Source: Antedon mediterranea
Lineage: Eukaryota; Animalia; Echinodermata
Length of the DNA stretch: 64,000 bases
Direction of reading: 5' to 3'
Assembly: GCF_964355755.1 (NCBI RefSeq)
Contig: NC_092675.1
Location: 6,257,812 to 6,321,811, forward strand
Position numbers and translations under genes: made by a program. Under the pieces are notes generated by a model that saw only the letters and a program-made list of their open reading frames with translations, searched no databases and had not been told where the DNA came from. Below are positions 1 to 27,027 of this stretch, piece by piece (positions within the stretch are counted from its first letter, which is position 1; the number at the start of each line of letters is the position of its first letter).

Positions 1-133
1 TGCACCTTTTACAAAACATTGCAAATTCAATTCAATTTAACTTTATTTAACCAGGGAGGCCCAGATCAACACATGGTTGTTATTCTCTGGGGCTGTGTAC
101 ATACAAAAAATACAAATAAATTTTAACGTTTAA

Positions 134-427
134 TATTTTTTACAATATAACAGTATATTATGCAAGGATCTATAATAATGATTAAATGATATTAAATTTT
201 TCCAATCAATAAATCATTAGCTACAGATATTAACAAATCACCTTGATTCAATTAAAATAAAGTCCTGTTAAAATGATAGATATTTTTTACAATATAACAG
301 TATATTATGCAAGGATCTATAATAATGATTAAATGATATTAAATTTTTCCAATCAATAAATCATTAGCTACAGATATTAACAAATCACCTTGATTCAATT
401 AAAATAAAGTCCTGTTAAAATGATAGA
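134..427. repeat. Perfect 147-bp tandem duplication
   Basis: ccttgattca at 241 and 388. Confidence 0.9.
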
Positions 428-1772
428 TTTAGTTATAGTCAGTTTCTTGTCAAATGGACTACGTGCACATAATATGAATGAATTGGTTATAACGATTGAT
501 ATTTCAGTAACCAATCATTTAGATTTATTCAAAGTAGGATGTCAAACTATATTAAAGCTGCACTTATGACATCACTGGATTTTTATCGATTTATTACTTT
601 ATTTTGTATTATCCCCTTAAGAACTATTAGTGTATTAGTAATGCAGTAAAAACCCCTCTGAGACAACTATATTTAATAATTGGACACTTTCCATGAAACA
701 CTAGAGCCAATCCCCATTGAAGGGACAAATCTATTAAGAGGACCCTTTGCACAAGCCCGAAAACCATACTATCGTGACACATGGATCAAATTAAGCAATC
801 TCCTTCAGTGCGATCCTAGTCAAGCTAAGAAGCTAACCCATTCAAGGAAGCCCTTCAACAATCGGACCCAGCATATCTTTGGATGCGACTGGCATCAGTA
901 GTAGTCCGAACAAAACTGTACTGTTTATTGGGTCCTATTAACTTTGACGTTATTAGTAATAGTAATGTATTTTAAGACAACCCTATTAAGGGAACACTTT
1001 TCCATAAAACTAACAATTTTATACCCTAGCCAACACCTATTTAAGGGTCATATCCAGGGGCGAATCCAGCATTATAGATTAGAGGGGGAAGGACTAAATA
1101 TTTCATAAATGAAAGGTTGCAGAAAAATAAAAATAGTTATGATTTATTTTAAAAAGTTAAATTTTGGGGAGGGGGTGCTAAAGCCTGTTTAGTCCCCGCC
1201 TAATTTCGTGCTTGATCCCTATTAACACTTTGGGTTCCCGAAGGTGTCCCCTTAATAGGAGTTTTATTATATACTTTACATTGATTGTAATTTTTTTTGT
1301 AATGAAATATTAGGACAACTTTGTACTGTAACTAAAGGTTGTGCCTATCCCATTACTTTGGGTTCCCTAAGGTGTCCCCTTAAGAGTTTTATTGTATACT
1401 TTTTATTGATTGTAATTTTTTTTTAAATGAAATATTGAGACAAATTGTTAAAATATCTATACAAACTGTCTCTTTAACAACATTGTACTGTAACTAAGGT
1501 TGTGTATAGTGTAATTCTTGGCTCTGACATGCCTATGACTCATAACATTATGCCAGTACATACACAGTGCAGTAAATCTAAGCAATTTTTTTTAAACATC
1601 TTTTTGACACGTTGGCTTTGATTCAAATCAATGCAGTGAACTTGATCTTGTATTGTTATTGAATATACTGTCTTGATTAAATTGTAATGTTTACTATCTT
1701 TCAATGCTACAGATTATTAATTATCAAAACATAATGTTAAATTCTCAATACCGGTAGGTCAAATTAGACACA

Positions 1773-1939
1773 ATCTCTGTCTACACTATCACACTATTTT
1801 GGAAAAAAAAGTGATGTGCCCAAATATGGCAGTGATATGCCCAAATTATGGTAGTGATATGCCCAAATATGGTAGTGATGTGACATCATGTCCATATATG
1901 GGCACATGTAACATAAAGTTTGATAGTATAGACAGAGCT
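1773..1939. mobile_element. PIF/Harbinger (Tourist-like) MITE family A
   Basis: TIR (AG)CTCTGTCTACACTATC..GATAGTRTAGACAGAGCT; internal cccaaatatggtagtgatatg repeats. Confidence 0.8.
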
Positions 1940-3040
1940 TAAGGGAAAAAAGGATTTTAGTGTAATGGGACGCAGAATGACCTTATTATAATAGGATTAG
2001 GAGCTTAAAATTTAATGTGATTGAATTCCTGCTTTTAAAAAACAAGTAAAATGAAGCTCAATGTATCTTGATGAATGACAAAATTGATATGAGAAATGAT
2101 TTTCTGATTCTGTGCTTTACTGTAGACCTACTGTACCAGACTAGTTGAGGTTTAGATTATGTCTGGACAGGATTCTAGTCTAGGTCGATACCCTAAAGTA
2201 TGTTTCTACTAGGACGCAACAAACGTAAGAACGTGCGCAACGTATTTATTTGACCAAAGCTTATAATTGATAAAATTATGTGGTTGGAACCAAACTATAG
2301 CCTCGTGGTAGAGTTTTTTCCCACGGAAACCAGCCACAGGGATAGTGTAAGATTTGAACCTAATCTTAGAATTGAAAAAACCAAGACACTATTACTATGC
2401 CACTACCACATGTATAATTTCACACATTTATTAATGTATATATTTTTAAAATCTACTGTACCTATTAATGTATTAAAATACACTTTTTTAAACAAAGAAA
2501 GGAAGTTTTTTTAAATTTTGAAACCCACGCGAACGAACGAGTCAACAAAACAAGGATAGATACTTGGATGGCGTCCAAATTGGTTTGCTTTTGAATGGCT
2601 TCACTTGCATTGTGAAATGCTATGTCATCGTTTATAAAGCAGGCAGATATTAATGGTTGCAATTTGCCATAGAATTATAATATTTCTAACGAAAAAAATG
2701 CGACAACAATCTGTGGCTAGAGGAGCTTTATATGATTTTATCACGTTTCTATTTTTGTGTCATTTCTTATGATTAAATACATTCAGTGCTTAGTAAAGTA
2801 ACATGACGTTTTTTTTAAATTGAAAATACAAATTGTTGTCGTAGACTTTTAATTTCAGATAAAGCAAAACTTGTTGAGGCAATAAATTATGAAAATGGCT
2901 TTTTTTTTTTTTGAAAACAAAACAATTACTCATGTAATACTGCTATATTAGAACCCTTCCTTTGGGATATCATTATTATTAAAAGGATATTATAGTGAAA
3001 CAAATAAGGAAAATATGTTTTAATAACTACAATACAGCCA

Positions 3041-3240
3041 ACCCCTATTTAGGGGATACCCCTATTTAGGAGGTACCACTATTCAGGGGATACCCCTATT
3101 CAGGCGATACCCTTATTCAGACGATACCCCTATTCAGACGATAACCCTATTCAGGCGATAACCCTATTCAGGCGATAACCCTAGTAATGCGATAACCCTA
3201 TTCAGGCGATACCCATATTTAGGAGTTACCACTATTTAGA
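3041..3240. repeat. 18-bp minisatellite (accctattcaggcgata-), derived from the family C motif
   Basis: About 11 imperfect copies. Confidence 0.8.
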
Positions 3241-4572
3241 GAATACATTTCCAACTATTTCACAACCTTTTATTTTCGCGAATTGAGTTTCTTGTCGAAT
3301 ATATTAATTGTTTTGTGGAAAATAACAAACAAATCATGCTTTAGAGAATACTATACTAATTTAACCTTTTAGTATCATTATCAATAGTTTTCGCATGTCA
3401 TTGTTTTACAATCTAGACGTATAAATGTGAATTTATCAAGTGTTGATCTTTCAATCACAGATGAGACTGTACAATTAATGAGCATACTATAATAATTGTA
3501 TTGTAAATTACAACTTATCAATGACTAACCTAGATAGTAAGATATACATCACTATCAACTAGTGATGCCGCAAGATGCGTGCACAAACAGATTACAATGA
3601 AATATTCTACTATAAACGGTTAATTTTCTAATCGTATAAAGGTAAACATTTTCATAGAAACGAGTTGGGTATAAAATTAATAGTGAAAATGCAAATTCAT
3701 GGTACAAAGCTCCTCTTGTTATATTAAGAGGACACCTCCAGGACCCAACAAAGTTCCCCTTGATATGGCCATAGTGTGTTTTATTTCCCCTCATTCTTTT
3801 CACAGGAATGTGTCCCCTTAATTAATAATAAGGGTTCCCTCTCCCTTTCCCCCCCCCCCCCCCCCCCACTCTTTCTGTAAACTTTTTACTTACCAAGACC
3901 GTAGGGAGAGGTTAAAAACAGACGAGGCAAAGATGCTTTACATATAATTATTATTTATATAAAATAAATATGACAATCTGTGCTGGAGTATTGGGTTGGG
4001 TGCTGAAAATTGAAAATTTCAGACTGCCTTATGCTGGCTACGGCCCTGCTTATATAGCCAAGGCTCATCATAGTTTATATTCATTTGCCGTATAAATGAT
4101 TGTACATCCAGACCATCCAAAATATATCATTTTGATACATAGTAAAATCATTTTCATCATTTTTTGTCCTGTATCTGCTGAGAATGATTAGCTTATGGGA
4201 AATACATAATAAGAAAAAAAGGTTTTTTTTTTATTTTTTTTATAAAATTCTGACCTCAAAAGTCAAAGCATGACTACTCGATCCAGATTGTTCTAACTTT
4301 TTTTTTCTTCATTTGTTTCTGATGTAACCGTAATCATCATAAGTAGTGCATCTGTTATTTTTATTAAAGTTATTATGAAGAAAGTCACATAAAAGGAATA
4401 ATACATAAATTTATAGTTAATATTATGTTGTTATTTTATACTTACTTTTAAATTCAATAATCTGATTCTTATTAATGTAATAAACAGTTGTAAAATGACT
4501 AATACTATAATTGATGACACTAGATATCCTCATGAGATATTATTAGGTATTCAATCAAAATATCTGTCTATA

Positions 4573-4777
4573 GGCCTATTTACACAGATGAATAGTAAAT
4601 GGTACAAACCAGAAAACAAAAATATAGAATCTATGTTATTTCTTATGACCATTTGACACAAATCGGGTATCGGATAGGCAATTGAGCGAAAACCTCTCAA
4701 GATAGATACAGACTGTACGTGTGACAAGCTACGCGTTTTTTCCACTTTCTGTTACCGCTCGTCTGTGTAAATTTGCC
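4573..4777. mobile_element. MITE family E
   Basis: ggcctatttacacaga / tctgtgtaaatttgcc; homologous to the split copy at 6089-6180 + 6538-6650. Confidence 0.6.
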
Positions 4778-6181
4778 TTATTGATCTGGGTAAAATTTGA
4801 AATTTGAATTTTACTTTGTACGATGGAGTTCATACCGATTATTGCTTAGAAGTTATTTTATTAATTCATACATTATATTAAAATTATTATTAATGGAAGT
4901 AATGTTTGTGCTAACCTTAAAAAATAAATGTAATTCATGATTATAATCGCAGAAAGGAAATTCAAAGACAGATATTTAAAAAAATTATAAATTAAAGTCT
5001 TTCTACATGCTTGGTTATTCAGTTATTTTTTATTCATTAATTAAGCATAGCACTAGGGTACCAGCATTTTGTATTGGTACATACAAACCATTCATGCATA
5101 GCATTTCAAATCCAAAGTACATTTGTATTTATTGAAAGGCAATGCAAATAGAAATGTTTTTGTGAGTTACAATAAAAAATAATACTTAAATAATAAAGAA
5201 TTGCTTAAATTTGGTTTTCAGTTAGTGCCATATTTTCCATTGAGTCATTTACAAATAATGATATAAAAAGTTCAATCAACAGTTATCTTTAATTAGATAA
5301 AAAAAGATGTTATAATACTAATAAAAAAGACATGACAAGTATGAAACGTGATGAGACCTGGAGTAATATAATTTAATGTATTTAAAACTGATCTTGTGTA
5401 TTCATTGCATTATCAATGTTTAGTACATCATTCAAAGTTATTGTGAAAGACATTATAGCGAACATTAAGAAATACTGTACAGTGATGATTAGTAAGATTC
5501 AATTCATGGAAGACATTTTCTCCTTGCTCGCATTTTTTACAAACATTCCACAGTATTTTGTATACACAGTAGAATATACTATCTTAAAGATGTATTGTAC
5601 CCCAAAAACATGAAAAAAAATCAGACTTTAAATAGGTCAGGTAAATCATTTTTTTAAATCCAGTTTTTGGTCAAAGTTATTAACTATTATGCAACATTTA
5701 GCAAAAAAATGTGGGAAAAAAAATTTGTAGAGGAGGAGGAAAAATATATCTTTTTTACATTTAAATTACATGCAGCCACTCTGGTTTGAATTTCAGTTGG
5801 TATTACCAGGGACTTGTAAAATAAGACTCCCTGGTATTACTGTGCTGTATACTTACTATTCATTGTAGACTTAATACTACAGTAATACAAAGCGTTGATG
5901 ATTGTGCTTGTTTTTCACACTAATAGTAATCTCATAGACTTGTAATTTACCAGGTGTACATTACTAACTCACTGCAGCAGAACAAAGGACATTCTTTATT
6001 TTTTATTGTAAAATTAGTTGAACTTAATAACCTTATTTAATAAATCTAAAAATATTATTTATTATACTTCCCAAATATGTATACAAAAGGCCAATTTACA
6101 TAGACTAACGGTAATGGTAAGCGGATTTAAAAAAACACAAATATAGAAGAATCTATTTTTATTGACCAATATTTACACAAA

Positions 6182-6537
6182 AAGCGGTGAGTGGTCAAGC
6201 GGTGAGTGGTCAAGCGGTTAAGACAATGGAACTGTAATACCTTGACATATTAACATCGGCAAGGGTTCGAGCCTCACTCGCTTCATGGTTTTGGTGGTAG
6301 ATCGAGTCTTCTCAGATAAGGACTACAAACCGTAGGTCCACTGTACACATCTGTCTCATGTGTACTTTAAAGAACCTATTACATCTTTTCGCGATGAGTT
6401 GGTGATTACCGCGGTGTACTAGTATACACACAGCCACTGTCACTCATCAAGAGGGCCCCTTGATTGTCAGCATAAGCTGTTTAGGGGTCACCCTCTATAA
6501 ATAAGCTGTAATAAAACAAAATAAATAAATAAAAAAC
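6182..6537 (+). mobile_element. tRNA-derived SINE with Deu-domain-like core
   Basis: A box GTGGTCAAGCGG, B box GGTTCGAGCC, core gataaggac..aaaccgtaggtcc..ttaaagaacc..ttttcg..gagt..ccgcggtgt, A-rich tail. Confidence 0.75.
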
Positions 6538-7679
6538 AAAATTCAGATGGGTGGTCGAGTGGGAAACTGCTCAGGATAGATACAGATTCTATGTGGGAAA
6601 AACTATGTGGTTTTCTGCCTACCATTACCACTTGTCTCTGTAATTTGGTACCACTTTTTTGTGTGTGATGTGAAATTGTTTTAAAGTATCTTAGGTTCGT
6701 GATGATCTTGTGAGATACAATAATGTAAATTCAACTGTAAAATGTCAATAAAAAATGTAAATCAATTAATTAAATAAAAGATGATAAATAGTGTCCTTAA
6801 GTAAACTCTTTCTTTATGAATCATCACTTTGGGAATACTGTAGATTGTTTCACATTTTATAATAAACATGGTTGTATATTCTACTTTCTGTGAACTGTCC
6901 TAATTGAGCAGTAAAAACACGAGACTGATATAAAATTTAATGTAGCAAATTACAATGATTAAATTTCATGGTTGGTAAAAGAGAAAACAAATAAATAATT
7001 TGTATTATTGGTTTTTACTAGATGATACTTTTATTTATAATTATTTCAAAAAGAAATTTAAAAAGATGGTAATGTACTTGGTACTGTACTATAAAAACCA
7101 AAAATGATGCTTCATTAAAAATATATAGAGGACCGTATTTAAAAAAATTAACATTCAAATCTGTGTATTGTTTTGCAATTGAATTCTTGAGTATTGAGGT
7201 TTTAGAGTATAGTTTCTTATTTTTACCTTTTCAATGTTAATTTTTAAGAATATATATAATTATAGTGTATTGTTATTATCTTTTTTTCTATTATGTTTTT
7301 GGTTACATATTTACTTGGGAATTTAAAAAACGAATTTAAAAGAAACAAAATGGTCGGTATAAATAAGGAAAGAAAAATAAAATGATTATGTAGTTGACAG
7401 TGTACTGTCCCTGTACAGTATGTGGTAATAATAATATAATAATATTTCATAAAATCTTTTGCAACGGAAAAAACTTGTTCAAAAAAACTTGTTCACCAAC
7501 AACGAGGCCGTATAACATTGTAACACAAAGTATTGTAATAAAAGTTGGATTGTGAATAACTTAATTGATTAATAGATTAATACATATTTGTTACATTAAC
7601 CTTGAAAATAAGAGTCATTTATACTTTCAGCTACGGTATCTTAATGCAATTAATATTTGATGTTTGTTCTGTCTTGCAG

Positions 7680-21709
<14,030 letters not shown>

Positions 21710-22542
21710 AACTAGAAGAATATTTTACATGTTTATACCAAATTTATTGGATCAATTTAAAAAGAATATTTTTTGGGTATTTAATAATTTTAATAATACT
21801 TAAGAAAATGTTGTCATATTATTACTGTATTATTATATTCTAAAGATTTAAGAGAGTGCATGAGTTTTGGTACTGAGAATTTGTGTGAAATTATCATTTA
21901 TTTAATAATTATATCTATATAAATGTTGCTGATTTTACAACAACAGTTTTAGTTGAAATCAAAAGAAATATTTAATTTTACGAAAACTTGTGTTTTAAAT
22001 TTAAGTCAAGAATTGTCATAAAATATTACAAAACATGTTTTATCTAGCAAGGACAGTACATAAAAACAACATTATTTACATTTGTTGTTTGATCTTAAGT
22101 TAAGAAAACATTAGATATTTAAGAATTAATTTCTGTAAAAATCACTGCCTTCAATCAAATTTTTTTATCTTTATAAAGAAAACATTTATGGAAAAAAAAT
22201 ATCGCTGACTGCAATACACTGTGTTTATTAAAATTATGTTTGCCGTGGATGTTGTTGGGAGTATTAAAAATATACAATAATTTGAATGAAATTAATGAAA
22301 ATTGGTTATTTACGATTTACTACTCAGGCAAATTTGTACACAAATGAATATACGAAAAAAGGGGAATCTTTTTAAATAAAATAGTCATCATTTATTATCT
22401 TCATATAATACAGTAGAACCGGGCCCCTATTAAGGGGATACTTTAGGATAAAACAGAATGTTTCTTTAATAAGGGCGTCTCCTAAATAGGGGTAGTATTA
22501 AATCATCTATTGCCTGTTGTTTCACAGGAAAATGTTCCCTAA

Positions 22543-22685
22543 GGCTCTGTCTACACTATCAAAAAAATTGTGATGTGCCTAATATATGGACATGATATCC
22601 CTACCATATTTAAGCATATGACTACCATATTTGGGCACATCACACTATTTTGTTGTCAAACTAGTTTGCCAGTGTAGACAGAGCT
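22543..22685. mobile_element. MITE family A (in putative KAT6 3' UTR)
   Basis: TIRs GGCTCTGTCTACACT / AGTGTAGACAGAGCT. Confidence 0.8.
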
Positions 22686-23954
22686 TTATAGGGATTTTAC
22701 TATACATCTGAATACGTTGGAAGTGTTGTAATAATGAAAGACTAAGTAGTGCCATTGTAAGAAAAGTTATAATTACTGAATTATTTAGAGAAGGTACTGT
22801 GAAGGTGATGTGTACCAATTGTGCTTCCATTGTCTTTAAAAATGAAACAAAAGGGAAATTCTGAAAAACAATTACGCTTTATACATGTTAAATTCTGATT
22901 GTCCAAATAGGTGAAATAAACAGGTTGTATCAAATATTATTCTCATTTATAAAGCCAGTGAAATAAATTATGCCTTAAGTTATTTAATTTAGATTAGCAA
23001 ATCATTTACTATTTTCATTCTGACTATGAATCTTTTTTGTACCAAACCAGGTAATTTATTAGTCAATATCACAACAAAGAAAGAAACACTGTCAGTTGCA
23101 GCTTATTAAATTGCTTTAACAATCTTGTGTATAGGTTAAAAAAAACCATGAAAATCTCATGGTTGTATTTTTGTACAGTTAAGTATAAAAACTATTATTT
23201 GATCAAGACAATGTAATTATTTACTGATTTTTATTTTTATTATAACAGGAAGGTTTTTATACCTACTTAAAATATATTTATTAATTTACAATTGAGAACA
23301 AAGTTCACGTCCTACTGGGAATTTAAACAATTATATATATATTAGCACCTTGGTTTACACATGTGGTCCGTGAAATATTCCTGGACACTTTATATTGTTT
23401 GGGGTAAAGGTGAAAGGTTAAAGGTTGTAGCTTGCATGTTTTATTTGGTAATGTTTTTCACTTAGTGGTTTGTTTATTTATTTTCTTTTTTTTTAAATCT
23501 TACACATTTATATTGCTAAGGAAGTATACTTTAGTTGTAAAAGGTTTGTACAGATTTCAGGGTATGTTTTTAAAGTACATTCAAGTTGTGAAAATTGTTT
23601 AACCATCTGCCAGTAACATTTATCAATTTCTATACGGTAGTAATCTATTTATATCCTTGTTGCTTACCGTCATACAGCTATCTATAAATGTATTATGTAA
23701 GATCAAAATTAGTCATCATTGTTCTTAATTTCAAGAACTTTAATCTTAGGGCATCAATTATATACAGAATCATGTTTTTTTTTCAGTTTGTACATAAAGA
23801 AAAAGATTCTGGAGTAGTTGAGTTACAAATATTTAGTTTTTTAAAGTTGCAGATTGACTGTAGCTATATGTAATGTCTCTAGTATTGTACATTTGCATGA
23901 AAGATTGTTAAACCCATGTAAATGTTGATATATTTTCACTGTGTACAGTTACCC

Positions 23955-23960
23955 AATAAA
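23955..23960 (+). terminator. Candidate polyadenylation signal of KAT6 (3' UTR about 2.25 kb)
   Basis: AATAAA preceded by several TGTA motifs and followed by GT/T-rich sequence; other AATAAA hexamers occur earlier. Confidence 0.4.
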
Positions 23961-24493
23961 TCTACTTTTGAATCAGTGTATTGACATTCAGATTTGACAT
24001 GTTTTTATTATTTTCTTTTGGTCTATTCAGGATTTCTGATTCATAATATTTAAAATGAACCTGGGAAGCATTGGTACTTGTTAAAAAAACATGTGCCTAT
24101 TACATGTGGGTTACCTGTTTATATATGTAAACAAGTCTTTACGCTAAACCAGTAATTAAATATGTATGTGTTCGACATTTCAACTTGTTGTCAAAAAGTA
24201 AAGTCTTCATCTGGCAATAACTGGATGTTGTGGTTGCTAGGAATAGCTTTGCTGGTTGTAGAGCAGCGCCCCCTATAAACTTAGTCTGCCATGTTGTTAC
24301 CAGTTGATATGAAGAATAAAATATATGGTAGCCAATAGACAACAAATAAATAATTCACATAGAGGGAACTCCATGCACCATGACTGTTAATAATAGTAAA
24401 TGCCCTATTGCAGTACCTAGTTTATTGAAATTGTCAGACTGTAGCATATACATATTTAAAACACACACGGTTTAGGTTTTTGTATACAGTTAC

Positions 24494-24499
24494 TTTATT
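24494..24499 (-). terminator. Candidate polyadenylation signal of the DUF4062-NACHT-TPR gene
   Basis: tttatt on + (AATAAA on -) with TGTA-rich upstream sequence on the - strand; a second hexamer at 24421-24426. Confidence 0.35.
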
Positions 24500-24859
24500 A
24501 ATTCCACAAGATAGATTACAAGAAAATTTATGAAAAGTTATTTACTCCTTGTACGAATTACAAGTGGAATACAGTTACAAAACAGAAATATTTAATTATA
24601 TGAAAAAGAACATCATTTACAGAAATATATTTACAGATATTATAAAAAAAAGAATTAAATATAATAAATAGAAAAAAACTAAGGAATCAGCTTTATGGAA
24701 TTCTAAAACAGACTGATGGGTATGTGCATTCAGGTCAATGTAAATCATGTACTGTAGTATTTACCAAATACCCTGAGTATTTTGTACATAGATAGCATAA
24801 CAAGAACATACATGCTAAATAAACCTCAATTTTTTTATTAAACATCTTATTTCTAGGCA

Positions 24860-25125
24860 GTGTCAAACTTAATGTGCCCAGTTAGATGACAGCATCAGTA
24901 TTACTACCATATTTGGGCACACCACACCTTTTTTACCAAACTAGTCTTGATAGTGTAGACAGCGCTTAACACCCTATCTCTTACAGCAGAGTGACCATTT
25001 GTTGGCCAACCGTTGAGTAGTCTAAAGCTCTGTCTACACAATCAAACTTAATGTGTCCATATATGGTTAGATGACGTTATATCACCACCTATACTTTTTT
25101 TGTCTAGTTTTGATAGTGTAGACAG
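24860..25125. mobile_element. Two adjacent partial MITE family A copies (about 24860-24966 and 25026-25125)
   Basis: gatagtgtagacagcgct and agctctgtctacacaatc...gatagtgtagacaga. Confidence 0.65.
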
Positions 25126-25127
25126 AA

Positions 25128-25409
25128 AAAAAATTGAGCTTAACTCGATTACTCGATTCACACATACACCATAAATTATTACATGGATATCTCATAGGAT
25201 AATAGAGTTACTATGCTTCCACAAAAATTGAGCTTAACTCGATTACTCGATTCACACATACAACACAAATTATTACATGGATATCTCAGGATAATAGAGT
25301 AACTATGCTTCCACAAAAATTGAGCTTAACTCGATTACTCGATTCACACATACAACACAAATTATTACATGGATATCTCATAGGATAATAGAGTTACTAT
25401 GCTTCCACA
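25128..25409. repeat. About 94-bp tandem repeat, 3 copies
   Basis: aaaaattgagcttaactcgattactcgattcacac... three times. Confidence 0.9.
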
Positions 25410-26587
25410 CAGTAGTAATTGTCATTAAGTAATGTAAACACAGTGTAAACAGAAATGAAAAAGATCTGCATGGACATTAATTCCTTGTTCCAGGATTTTT
25501 TGTACGAAAATGAAGGTTTGTAACAAGGTGGTCATTTGTTACAATATGTAACATTTTGTAAGATTTGTGTAGTGTGAATCGAGATTTAATGGACGGAATT
25601 GAGTATAAAGTCAGAAAGTATAGTTGCAATGATTTAACACACCAGTTGTTGTGACCGTGCATAGATGTTGTCCGTTTTGTAGTAACTACAGCACGTGTTT
25701 TTATATTCAACCAATTGTGGATAAACCTCAGATCAAACGGAGCTCCTGTACTAATGTCGATACGCGACGCTCTTTTCACATAAACAAATGAAAGACGACA
25801 GAAAAGTATGGTCTAGGTACGACAGTACAACAAAATAAAATCTATTATATTACACTACTATACATCTATCAAGTTTTAAATTGCACAGCATATTAAGGTT
25901 AAAGAAATAAATTGATAACACTATTGGATACATAATAGAATAATTTCTAAAAGCAAAACCCTACCATGTATTGATTAATAAAAACAATAATTTCTATTTA
26001 ATATTCCTAATATTAATATAGTCATAATATTTAATATATATATATCAACTTATTGATAAATGTAAATATTCTCTAAATATAATTAAACTTAATTCTTTGT
26101 TGAAAATACTTTTACGAAAATAGAGGTTTATTTTATTTTTAGCGTGGCTTCGCAAAGTATTAAGTTCATAAAGTTATAACACTCTAGTTTTTACAATCAG
26201 TACTACTAAATTTGAATCTTTATATGATTATCAAAATACCTTTTAATTCACTAGTACACGCAAAATAAAGTTTACCGGACAAGAGAGATTACACTTCTCT
26301 AGTTCTACTACTGAATATACATTGGTGGTTCTAGGTCTGACGTTGACCTTGTTAAAAACACAGGAAAACTAGAGGATGGCTGGTAGTTTATTTATGCACG
26401 CTAGCATTATTTTACAGTGAGGACCACTCCTTTGGAACACCGGAGGAACGCCCAATGGGACATTGTCCTGTGAAACAAATTAGCAGCAATATACGTTTTA
26501 GAACTAGAACCAGGGGAAACCACTATTAAGGAAGGGAACACTTTCCAACGAAACAAATCAGTGGAAATATTTGAAGGTGTCTTCTGA

Positions 26588-26786
26588 AGCTTGGTTCTCA
26601 CTAGCAACGCAACGTAACACAATCTAAGCAACGTAAGCAAATACCCTTCTAATAATTGTGTTTTCCCCCGTCTGCGTGAAATCAAACCTGCGATGTTTGC
26701 AGCACTGTTGCGTCATCAGTTCCCACTTGTGATTACGCAATACAGCACTTTGCGTCGCTGCGTTGTGTTCTAGTGGAAACCACGCT
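26588..26786. mobile_element. MITE family D
   Basis: agcttggttctcactagcaacgcaacg ... cgttgtgttctagtggaaaccacgct. Confidence 0.6.
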
Positions 26787-26856
26787 ATAATAACGGTTCT
26801 ACTGTTGTAATTTGACTTTGATTTCAAACTAGACTTTCCTGATTTATAGAGTGTAA

Positions 26857-27027
26857 TTATTCATCATCACTATCACTGTTTTCATCATCCTCATTTGCCT
26901 CATTAATTTGTTGGTTTTGTGCATTCACCTGGTTGCGACGCTCAAGATTTTGTTTCACAGACCTATACCGACTTTCAGCCAAGCAATTACGGCAACGTTG
27001 AGTGCGTGGATGGTGATAACCAAAAAC
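26857..27027 (-). CDS. NACHT gene exon 23 (VFGYHHPRTQR... acidic tail, TAA)
   Basis: tcgcag acceptor, stop at 26857-59. Confidence 0.88.
   Translation of the reverse strand, partial: VFGYHHPRTQRCRNCLAESRYRSVKQNLERRNQVNAQNQQINEANEDDENSDSDDE

Noticed and set aside
680-901. 73-aa ORF in a GC-richer island
   Set aside because: No recognisable domain or convincing splice sites; begins within a MITE remnant and is probably a TE fragment.
3041-3240. CRISPR-like appearance of short regular repeats (also 25128-25409, 35949-36290, 42020-42197)
   Set aside because: Head-to-tail units without unique spacers, no cas genes, eukaryotic intronic or UTR context.
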